Shown piece after piece: positions 44,959 through 52,917 of a DNA stretch of 64,000 nucleotides (within the stretch, counting starts at the first letter, position 1; each line of letters opens with the position of its first letter). The stretch is from a virus (taxonomy: Duplodnaviria > Caudoviricetes): positions 172,091 through 236,090 of the IMG/VR virus record IMGVR_UViG_3300005544_000020. One strand, 5' to 3'. The notes beneath the pieces are model-generated. The model did no database searches, was not told the origin of the DNA, and saw only the letters and a list, made by a program, of their open reading frames with translations. The translations under genes and the position numbers were made by a program.

Positions 44959-44988
44959 AGAATACCCGTTTACCTATCATTACGTCAA
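44959..44988 (-). promoter_or_regulatory. sigma70-type promoter, class B
   Basis: TTGACG-N18-TATTCT with GGTAAAC in spacer. Confidence 0.65.
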
Positions 44989-45395
44989 GTTACTTTGCTT
45001 CCCCTCACGCCAGAGCCAGTCTTTTTCTTCGCGTTGATTTCGATGATGACCTTCACTTCTTCGCGACCCGTGTTGCACTGCACTCCGGATTCTTTCCCGG
45101 GAGCTACGTAGCGGTCGTCTTCATACCAGATTCCGTCTTCGATCGCACCGTATACGTTCTTCCAGTCGATGCGGGGTTCGTCCTTCCAGAAAACCTCGAC
45201 GGATAGCTTCGGATTCATTTCCTTAAGGGCAGTGCCCATGTTCGGAGCTCCGGCTTCCATCGAGAGCAAGAGGACGTTCTTCTTGAACTGCCCGTAGGCC
45301 TTCGACCGGGCCCGCTCGTTGGGATGGAACATCGTTTTCCATGTGGTCTGTTTGTACCCCATGAGCGGGCCCGGGACGACGAACTCGATCTTCAT
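44985..45395 (-). CDS. RusA-like Holliday junction resolvase
   Basis: IEFVVPG, RIDWKNVY..IEDG..YEDDRYV. Confidence 0.7.
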   Translation of the reverse strand: MKIEFVVPGPLMGYKQTTWKTMFHPNERARSKAYGQFKKNVLLLSMEAGAPNMGTALKEMNPKLSVEVFWKDEPRIDWKNVYGAIEDGIWYEDDRYVAPGKESGVQCNTGREEVKVIIEINAKKKTGSGVRGSKVT

Positions 45396-45396
45396 G

Positions 45397-45792
45397 CTAG
45401 AACGGAGCGTCCGGATCTCCGATGCCGGCACTCGCGGATTCGCCGGCGCCGCCGTCGCTTTCGGGCTTCGCGCCGAGGAACTGAATGTTGTCGGCGACGA
45501 CCTTGACCTTGCTCCGTTTCTGTCCTTCCTGGCTCTCCCAGCGATCCTGCTGGAGCCGGCCGCAGACGAGGACCTGGCGGCCCTTCTTGCAATACTGCAT
45601 CACGAGCTCGCCCGTCTTGTTCCACGCTTCGCAGTCGAAGAATGACACCTCTTCCTTCGCCTGGCCGTCCGAGCCCTTCGACTTCCGGTTCACCGCGATC
45701 GAGAAACCCACGATCGTGTGGCTCCCGGCCGCCCGGCTCTCGGGATCCTTCGTCAGGTTCCCGATCAACCGCACTTCATTCAGAGTCGCCAT
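45397..45792 (-). CDS. ssb: single-stranded DNA-binding protein
   Basis: LNEVRLIGNLTKDPE, FSIAVNR, FFDCEAW, KKGRQVLVCGRL; C-terminal DAPF. Confidence 0.95.
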   Translation of the reverse strand: MATLNEVRLIGNLTKDPESRAAGSHTIVGFSIAVNRKSKGSDGQAKEEVSFFDCEAWNKTGELVMQYCKKGRQVLVCGRLQQDRWESQEGQKRSKVKVVADNIQFLGAKPESDGGAGESASAGIGDPDAPF

Positions 45793-45809
45793 GCTGATCC
45801 TCCTTCCTT

Positions 45810-47468
45810 TCACTCGTTGGTTCGTACAAGAACTGTATTATCCGTCTCAGGATATCGGTACTCTCGAGTCCAGTCGCCTATGAGTCGTTCACGCACGATC
45901 ATCAGCTCATGCTGCATCCTGGTGGCGCCGACGAAGGCAACACGATGCTCATCATCGCCCGCTTTAGCGAGAGCCTTTGGAAAGGTTTCTGCCCAAAGCC
46001 AGACGCGCTTTGCCTGCCGACCTTTTGAAGCGTGAATCGTTCCGATCCGGGTCTTCGGGAGTTTCTCAAAATCGTATCGGGCCTGGTTCAACTTGTCGTA
46101 GTAGTCTCCAAAATTCAGGTCCACATCCCGACGATTCTTTTCCCGAATGGCTTTCATGAACCCTTCGGTAAAAAATGAGGACAGATCCCCGAAAGAAACT
46201 GTCTCATTTCCTTTTAAGGCCTCTGCCTTCTTTTTTACCCCGTGGAATACCAGCCTTCGTTTATCCACGGTCAAACTCGGAACTTTCTTCAGGAGATATT
46301 GAAGGCCGGTGGCCGTGATGGATTTGCCTTCTGAAAGATCTCGGAAGGCAAGATAAGCATTCAGTTCCGAGGCATTCTTGAAAGGATTCGACCCTCTTCT
46401 CTCGTTGTAAAACGGCACTCCTTCGTCCACGAGGCGATCCGCAATCTCGGAGCATCCCGCCACATGACGATGAAGAAGAAGATCTCCGTCCATCACTTCC
46501 GCAGGATCGAAGGAGAGTTTATTTCTGATGGGATTCTCGCGCCCTGCCAGGCCGATCACGTTTTTCGGCTGCCTTTCCTTGATCCGATCCGTGATCAACC
46601 CTGCATAGCGAACTCCATTGGGGCCGAAGCGATGCGTCTGCTCCAGAATTTTCACCTGAGTATCTGGATAGTTCCGATACTTGAGAAACTCGTGGGCGTT
46701 CGCTCCTTGAAAACTGAAAATCGCCTGATCATCATCCCCGCTGAAAAGGATGGTCTCGCAGCGGCCGAACCACAGTTTTTCAATAACTGCAAACTGAAGC
46801 GGACTCATGTCCTGGATTTCATCGATCACCGCCCTCTTCCATTTCGGCAGGACGATGAATCGCCTTCTCAGGACTTCCGCCAACATATCCGTAAAATCGA
46901 ACTTCTGATCTTCTGCCTTGCCCTTTTCGTAAAGTGCCACGAAATGGGCATAGACTCCGGCAGAAAACCCAGGCCATTGATAATCCGTCGTCCCGGGATG
47001 AGGCTGTTTCTTGACGTAGTCCAGTTCTTCCACCGACCTTGAAAGAAGCCGCGACAGATCATACAGACTCTTGATCCTGGACCCTTCGGTTTGCGCATCG
47101 GGCTTCTCGAGCGTGGCCATGATGTGAGTCACGGCTTCACTAAAATCCTCAAGATCTCCGCCCTCTTCCTCATCCGCTACTTGGAACCCAACTTTCTTCG
47201 CCCATTCCTTCATCCACTTCGGATCGACGACGCTATCGCGGGTCAGTTCGAGGACGCGGAAACAAAGCGAATGGAGCGTCCTGAACCACCGATTATCCTG
47301 CTCGGTGAGGCCGAATCGTTTTGCCCCATCCTTGACTGCTGTTTTCATGAAACTTACGTAGGCAATCTCATCTAGAGAAATTCCTTCGTTCCTCCAAGCT
47401 TCCATCTGCCGGAGGTCGTACTCCGTCTTGCCGGTGCCTGGAGGACCAAAGACTAGAATGAGACCCAT
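45810..47468 (-). CDS. UvrD/Rep-like SF1 helicase, paralog 1
   Basis: GPPGTGKT, RTLHS, IDEIQD, GDDDQAIFSFQGA, THRF, TIHASKG, VGATR. Confidence 0.9.
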   Translation of the reverse strand: MGLILVFGPPGTGKTEYDLRQMEAWRNEGISLDEIAYVSFMKTAVKDGAKRFGLTEQDNRWFRTLHSLCFRVLELTRDSVVDPKWMKEWAKKVGFQVADEEEGGDLEDFSEAVTHIMATLEKPDAQTEGSRIKSLYDLSRLLSRSVEELDYVKKQPHPGTTDYQWPGFSAGVYAHFVALYEKGKAEDQKFDFTDMLAEVLRRRFIVLPKWKRAVIDEIQDMSPLQFAVIEKLWFGRCETILFSGDDDQAIFSFQGANAHEFLKYRNYPDTQVKILEQTHRFGPNGVRYAGLITDRIKERQPKNVIGLAGRENPIRNKLSFDPAEVMDGDLLLHRHVAGCSEIADRLVDEGVPFYNERRGSNPFKNASELNAYLAFRDLSEGKSITATGLQYLLKKVPSLTVDKRRLVFHGVKKKAEALKGNETVSFGDLSSFFTEGFMKAIREKNRRDVDLNFGDYYDKLNQARYDFEKLPKTRIGTIHASKGRQAKRVWLWAETFPKALAKAGDDEHRVAFVGATRMQHELMIVRERLIGDWTREYRYPETDNTVLVRTNE

Positions 47469-47472
47469 ATCT

Positions 47473-47697
47473 TTAGTTCGCCACCTTTCCAGCCTTCTTC
47501 GCCTGGTCGCTGTTGACCAGGACATCCAGACTCACCCGTACTTCCTTGAACTGATGTCCGAGAAGAATATCATCCACGCCGTGCCGCTCCAGGATGTAGC
47601 GGTCCAGGCCGTTTCCCTCGGCAGGCTCGAACCAGACGACGGCCGTGGGCCACTGGCCCTGGGCGGTCCGGCTGAGAAAAGCATCCACCTTCCTCAT
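47473..47697 (-). CDS. hypothetical protein
   Basis: ATGA-coupled start MRKVDAF. Confidence 0.6.
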   Translation of the reverse strand: MRKVDAFLSRTAQGQWPTAVVWFEPAEGNGLDRYILERHGVDDILLGHQFKEVRVSLDVLVNSDQAKKAGKVAN

Positions 47698-48365
47698 GCG
47701 ACCGTCACCTCGCGATGGGCTTCCTTCGAGATGACGCGGAGCTTCGCGTTCATCTTGTGGAAGTACCGCCACCGCTCCTCGAGCCCCTTGTCTTCGAGCT
47801 GCCGGCCACATGTCAGGTCGTTTCCTTCCGTTACTGGAGGGTTCGCTTCGTGGATCCACTCCTCGTCGTTGAAGCGGTCCGCGAGCGCCAGGAAAGTATC
47901 GGGTTCAGTATGGTCAATATAGGACACACTACGAGTCATCATTACTTTCCTCACCGGACAAAGAATCTCCTCGGCTGCGCCGAAGGCCTTCTCGCGCTCC
48001 GCGACGAGATGATCCATCACCGTCGAGCGAAGCGCATCAAGATACTCCTCCCAGTGCGTCGGCGTGCTCACGCATTTCTGGTAGCTGAAGTCCGTTTGCG
48101 TTCCGTCCTTCCTGAAAAGATAGAAGCAGCGGTTCTTGCCTCCATAATTCGTGTTCGTGAGGACCTTGAAATATTTGATTCCCGTTCCGATCTTATCGGC
48201 CGCTTCCTTGTGCCGGCGGATGAGCTGGCAGAGGAAGGAATGATGAGGCTCCTCGATCACGACGCCCTGCGGGATATCCGCGAGCAGTTTCTGGATGTGG
48301 GCCTTGAACTCCGCGCTGGTCGCGAAGAATTGCCCGTTGATCGAGACTGCTTTCCCCCTGCCCAT
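47694..48365 (-). CDS. DUF3223 (DCL-like) protein with HNH-like C-terminus
   Basis: LIRRH..A..KIGTGI..F.V..CFY..RKDGTQTDFSYQKC; C-terminal IDH...W..FH..N. Confidence 0.7.
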   Translation of the reverse strand: MGRGKAVSINGQFFATSAEFKAHIQKLLADIPQGVVIEEPHHSFLCQLIRRHKEAADKIGTGIKYFKVLTNTNYGGKNRCFYLFRKDGTQTDFSYQKCVSTPTHWEEYLDALRSTVMDHLVAEREKAFGAAEEILCPVRKVMMTRSVSYIDHTEPDTFLALADRFNDEEWIHEANPPVTEGNDLTCGRQLEDKGLEERWRYFHKMNAKLRVISKEAHREVTVA

Positions 48366-50014
48366 CAGTCTCCATCCTCGATCGGAAAAGGGAACCTCTC
48401 CATCCTCCAGCTCGTGACGGGAGAGGACACGATGTAGAGCGGACCTTTCGACCTGGTCGCGCCGACGTAGGCTACGCGAAGTTCGGCGGGATCCTTCATG
48501 CATCTAGGAAGGACCTCATCCCAGAGAAAGACCGAGTCTGCATCGCGGCCCTTCGATCCATGAATCGTCGTGATCGTAATCTGCGGTTCGAGGTCGCCGC
48601 CCAGTTCCCAACCAGACTCCTCGAGGGCTTGGTAGTATGACGCGAACCGGACATCGGTGACGCTCCAGTCTCCAGCTCGTAGGGCATCCCAGAAGAATTC
48701 GGTGAAATGCTGGGATAGTTCCAACGGCGTGATGGTCTGATCGGGTTCCATATCCTCAAGCTTGGTCATCGAGCCGTGCTTCAGGAACTTGACCCGTTCG
48801 CCGTTGATCTCTTTCGACGACCGAATCACCTTCGTCATGGATTTGATGTCGCCGCCGTCCAGGATCTCCCCGCGGACAGCTTTCGAAATCGCCTTGAAGC
48901 CGGCGATCTCGATGCCTTTGCCGAGAGGATTCGCGCCGCGTTCTGCCCAGAAGGGAATGCCGTTCATGATGCAGTGCGCGGAGAGGGCGTTGCAGCCTTC
49001 TCGATGCCGATGGAGCCAGAACTTGCTGCCGTAGGCCTCGGTCGCCTCCTCCACGTCCCAGATCCTTTTGATCGTGTTGTTGATGGCCTTTGCCGGAACG
49101 ATGTGTTTGGGTTCGCTGTCCGGAAGACCCTGCACGATCCGCTGGCCCAGGTCGATGATCTTCTGACCGAATCGATGGGTGGTCGGAAGATGGATCCGGC
49201 GGCTTCGATTCCGATACGACAGGAATGATGCGGCCGAGGATCCCTGGAAGGACATGATCGCCTGAAAGTCGTCTCCCGCGTAGTAGGCGACGCGGGCCCG
49301 ATCGGACAGTTTGTCGACCACGAGCCACTGGAGCGGGGAGAGGTCCTGGGCCTCATCGATGAAGACCACCTTCCAGTCCGGAAGGTCGATCGGCCGGAGG
49401 AGGACCTGTTCGAGCATATCCACGAAGTCGAGAAGCTCGCCGCCCTTCCAGGCTTCGTAGCTTTCGACCACGTCGGCGTACCGGCTCCAGTCCATGTGGC
49501 CGAAGTACTGGAGGGCGGAGGGGGAAGGCTCCTTCCGGGCCCGGTCGAGATCGGCCACGCTTTCGGCCGTCAGGCGCGCGTGCTGATACATCCCGAGCAG
49601 CTTCGAAATCGCGCTCCCGGACTCCTCGCTCGAGCTCCGGACCCGTTCGATGGCCAGGATGATCTTGGCGATGTCCGCGGCCTCGTCCTCCTCCATCGCC
49701 AGTTCGTCGTTGATCTCGACGCCCATCCGTCCGCCGAACTCCCGGAGCTTGGCGCCGCTGACCACCTGACCCCGTCCGACCCGGAGGAGCTTGAAGCAGA
49801 CCGAGTGGAGCGTCCGGAACCAGAGATGCCGGCGCTCATCCCCCGTCACCCCGGCCCGGACGGCGGCGTCGTTGGCGGCTTCCCGGGCAAACGTCGAGTA
49901 AAGGACCTGCTCCTTGGAACAGTAGCCGCTCTTGATGTACGTCGCGGCCATGTCCGTGCAGAACCTGGTCTTCCCGCACCCCGCCGAGGCCCAGACCGTG
50001 AAGATGTCTACCAC
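48365..50014 (-). CDS. UvrD/Rep-like SF1 helicase, paralog 2
   Basis: ASAGCGKT, RTLHS, IDEAQD, GDDFQAIMSFQG, THRF, TIHGSKG, VGATR. Confidence 0.9.
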   Translation of the reverse strand: MVDIFTVWASAGCGKTRFCTDMAATYIKSGYCSKEQVLYSTFAREAANDAAVRAGVTGDERRHLWFRTLHSVCFKLLRVGRGQVVSGAKLREFGGRMGVEINDELAMEEDEAADIAKIILAIERVRSSSEESGSAISKLLGMYQHARLTAESVADLDRARKEPSPSALQYFGHMDWSRYADVVESYEAWKGGELLDFVDMLEQVLLRPIDLPDWKVVFIDEAQDLSPLQWLVVDKLSDRARVAYYAGDDFQAIMSFQGSSAASFLSYRNRSRRIHLPTTHRFGQKIIDLGQRIVQGLPDSEPKHIVPAKAINNTIKRIWDVEEATEAYGSKFWLHRHREGCNALSAHCIMNGIPFWAERGANPLGKGIEIAGFKAISKAVRGEILDGGDIKSMTKVIRSSKEINGERVKFLKHGSMTKLEDMEPDQTITPLELSQHFTEFFWDALRAGDWSVTDVRFASYYQALEESGWELGGDLEPQITITTIHGSKGRDADSVFLWDEVLPRCMKDPAELRVAYVGATRSKGPLYIVSSPVTSWRMERFPFPIEDGD

Positions 50015-50059
50015 TTCATCGTCCCGTATACACGTTACTCTTCCGTTTAAATTCAGTAA

Positions 50060-50365
50060 CCAACCTAACGTCCAAAGCGATTAGAGGGTTAAAAAGGCGT
50101 TAGGTGGTGTTAGAGTTTGGGTCGTTTTCAGCGATCCAACCTCACAAGAACCTGTATATTTGATCATATTTTGAAGAATGTTAGAATGTTAGGCTGTTAG
50201 GTGGGTGGTGAACCATTACAGTAATCATTTTCCTATAAACTGTGTATAGGGGAGCGAAAATCACCGCCACAATCGACAGCCTGGACGAGAAGACCGGGAG
50301 TTCGGACGTCCCGTCGGTCGCCATCCGTGTTAGATTGTGTGTTAGGTTTCTCATAGACCTAACTG
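50060..50365. repeat. AT-rich GTTAG-iterated region, candidate replication origin
   Basis: Seven GTTAG (50099, 50109, 50180, 50188, 50196, 50329, 50341) and two CTAAC (50065, 50359) in the primase-helicase intergenic gap. Confidence 0.55.
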
Positions 50366-52641
50366 CCAAAATCCTCTGTTTCTGCGGTTCCTGGGCCCAT
50401 TTCGAACAGCATGTCGCTTCCGGTGTGATCCTCCGGCTTGCTCGGCTCTACAGAGACGATGGAAGCAGGGGTAGGTCCGGAAACGGGCCCTTCAGGAAGG
50501 GCCTTAGGAGGCCCGCCAGCGGGTTCTACGGGCGCTGGATGACCGTTACCACCTCCGTGACCGTTTCCGTTCGTTAAATCCTTGCTCCAGACGTGATCCG
50601 TCCGTTTCCCTAGGCGTTTGGTGCCGCTAACCCACCCGGAACTCTTCAGGTAATGGATGACGTCCTGCTTTTTGGCATCACTCCACCGGTCCTTGAGGAT
50701 CCTCATGACGATCGGCGTCTTGAAGACCACTTGGCCATCCTTGGTCCGGACCGCGCTGTGGTTGATCGAGATATCCGCGCTCTTGGAGTCGACGGCCGTC
50801 TCCTCGAGGAGGTTGATGATGATATCCATCTGGCCTTCGAAGGTACCCTCGGACGATTCAACCTCGACATCCTCGCGCTCGGCGGCCTGGTACATCTTGG
50901 CCCAGGTCGAGTCCTTCTGGAAGGGCAAATGACGGTCAAATTTAGCGAAAAAGGCCTTCGAGAAGTACTCGAACTTCCAGACCTGATCGAGCGAACACTT
51001 CAGGGTGTATTCGATGCCTTCCAGGATGATCGTCACCTCGTAGGTCGGCGGCTCCTGGTGGTACCGGCGAGATTTCTTGACCCGGAAATGCTCGTCCTCG
51101 AAGTTACGATCGACCTTAGCCGCGGCCGCGCGGGCGATCGAGGCAGGCTGCCACTTCGGCTGGGACCGGATGGCCGTCTGGCATTCCCGGATGACGCTTC
51201 CCAGATATTCTTCGGTCTTGTCCTCTTTTTCGTGGGCCTTTTTGGAGATCTTGTTGTTCCGATCCTTGAAGATCGCCGAGACGGCGTGCTCCGTGATGCC
51301 GGCCTGCAGGAGCAGGGTCGTGACCCAGCAGTCGGCTTCCGTTCGGGTCAATTTTCCTTCGGCTTTGAGCTGGCGGAATTTGCCCGGAGTCTCGATGCTC
51401 TTGACCATCTCGACATAGGCGTCATGGCCTTCCAGGATGATCTTCTTCCCGTAATCTGAAATTTGTAATTTGGAGATATCTGGGGCAGCCTCCTCCGGGC
51501 CAGCCGGAGAGGCAAGTTCCCTCTTCTCCGCGGGCACCCGGGCGAGGATCTTGGCGAAGGCCTCGAGGAAGAACGCGGCGTCTTGCTGCGCAGGGTACGC
51601 CAAGGCCTTAGACATCTCATCGAAATGGCGTCGTCCAGTTATCGGCTTGCCCTGCAAGTAGTTACGATAGGTACTTTCGACGTCCTTGAGACGATTTGCC
51701 GTCTCTCCGCCGACGGAATTCGAGGCGGCTTCGATGATCGCCTTGGCTTTGGCTTCGAGAACGCCGGCCCAGGCGAACATGCCCGAAATGTGAAGGGCAG
51801 ATTCGTGCTTAAATCCGTGCCGCCAGATATTCGTAAGAGCCATCGCGAGCTCGGCGACGGAATCTTCCGAAAGATCAATCCAGGGAGCCCTTCTCCCCGG
51901 AGCGGGGCCGGTGGCAAGTTGGGTTTGGGCCGGAAGTTGATGCTCCTGGCCGCCCGGGAAGATTTTCTCGATGGGGAGAAGGTCCTCGAAGTCGTCCAGA
52001 AGATACCGGGAATCGGGCTTCCACCAAGTGATCTCGACCTTCCGCGGCGGATTGTACTTGATGTTCATGGACCCAGGAACCCGGAGGATCCGGGCGAGGT
52101 CCACGGACTGAGGATCGGCGCCGAAGAACTTGGCGAGGGCCTTGTTGATGGCCTTCACCCGCCAGAGATCGTCGCCTTCAGCAACCTCCTTCAGCAGCCA
52201 GTAGACCTGGATGCCACCGCCACTCTTGAGGATGACGGAGGGTTTGTGCGGGAAATCCTTCAAGGCCTTCCGGATGGTCGCTTCCGGGACGGTTTTCCCC
52301 TTGTGGCCCATCTCGGCGAAGTCGGCTTCCAGCCAGACGACCCAGGAGGATTGGGCATTGAGCTCCGTTCCCCGGTGCTCCATGACCGGCTTGCCCTGAT
52401 GGTCCATTTTTCCGGTCGCGCGGGGCCATTTTTCCTTCCGGAGCAGGACGCCCATGTAGACGTTCGCGCTGCGGTTATGGGAAATCGCCGCAGCGGGGAT
52501 CGCCTCGATGGAGTCGGGAACGCGGAAGGGGAAGGCCTTGACTCCGGTCTTCGAAATGGCTGTAAGTTCGGCCCACCCAGGAGTATCTCCCCAGATCAAC
52601 CTGAAGAAATCAAGGGCGGACACGTTGTCCAGCGGGGGCAT
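50359..52641 (-). CDS. RepB-type (AEP-related) DNA primase with helical and low-complexity C-terminal domains
   Basis: NVYMGV, WLEADF, PSVILKSGGGIQVYWLL, DPQSVDLARILRVPGS; no Walker A in the rest of the protein. Confidence 0.8.
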   Translation of the reverse strand: MPPLDNVSALDFFRLIWGDTPGWAELTAISKTGVKAFPFRVPDSIEAIPAAAISHNRSANVYMGVLLRKEKWPRATGKMDHQGKPVMEHRGTELNAQSSWVVWLEADFAEMGHKGKTVPEATIRKALKDFPHKPSVILKSGGGIQVYWLLKEVAEGDDLWRVKAINKALAKFFGADPQSVDLARILRVPGSMNIKYNPPRKVEITWWKPDSRYLLDDFEDLLPIEKIFPGGQEHQLPAQTQLATGPAPGRRAPWIDLSEDSVAELAMALTNIWRHGFKHESALHISGMFAWAGVLEAKAKAIIEAASNSVGGETANRLKDVESTYRNYLQGKPITGRRHFDEMSKALAYPAQQDAAFFLEAFAKILARVPAEKRELASPAGPEEAAPDISKLQISDYGKKIILEGHDAYVEMVKSIETPGKFRQLKAEGKLTRTEADCWVTTLLLQAGITEHAVSAIFKDRNNKISKKAHEKEDKTEEYLGSVIRECQTAIRSQPKWQPASIARAAAAKVDRNFEDEHFRVKKSRRYHQEPPTYEVTIILEGIEYTLKCSLDQVWKFEYFSKAFFAKFDRHLPFQKDSTWAKMYQAAEREDVEVESSEGTFEGQMDIIINLLEETAVDSKSADISINHSAVRTKDGQVVFKTPIVMRILKDRWSDAKKQDVIHYLKSSGWVSGTKRLGKRTDHVWSKDLTNGNGHGGGNGHPAPVEPAGGPPKALPEGPVSGPTPASIVSVEPSKPEDHTGSDMLFEMGPGTAETEDFGS

Positions 52642-52691
52642 TCCGGCCTCTCTCAGGACGCGTTACATTACGTTACAGTGACACTGAACCC

Positions 52692-52773
52692 CAGGATCCG
52701 TGCCGCCGCGCCGCCGTCTTGCTGCGCGCTCGTAACCCGCAGGGAGCGTGGGCAAACGGCGACACGGGTCCTG
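52692..52773. promoter_or_regulatory. 82-nt imperfect hairpin in the primase 5' leader
   Basis: CAGGATCCGTG/CACGGGTCCTG, CGCCGT/ACGGCG, TTGC/GCAA, CGCGCTC/GAGCGTG. Confidence 0.5.
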
Positions 52774-52835
52774 AAGATCATCGAAGACATTTTCTCTTAC
52801 TGTCTCCCCTGCGTTGCGTTGCGAGCGCGAAGCAA

Positions 52836-52863
52836 AGTCTAGCCGCGACATGCCGAAGATCAA
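52836..52863 (-). promoter_or_regulatory. putative sigma70 promoter for the primase gene
   Basis: TTGATC-N16-TAGACT with A/T-rich upstream tract. Confidence 0.45.
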
Positions 52864-52917
52864 GAACAAAGCAAGTTTTTATGATGAAAAAAATGGAATT
52901 CCTTTTAGTCGATACCA

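Noticed and set aside
43059-45206. Long plus-strand ORFs opposite real genes (also 3002..4174, 17014..18636, 50653..51459, 51583..52842 and others)
   Set aside because: Antisense shadow ORFs produced by high GC3 codon bias; no RBS, motifs or operon coupling
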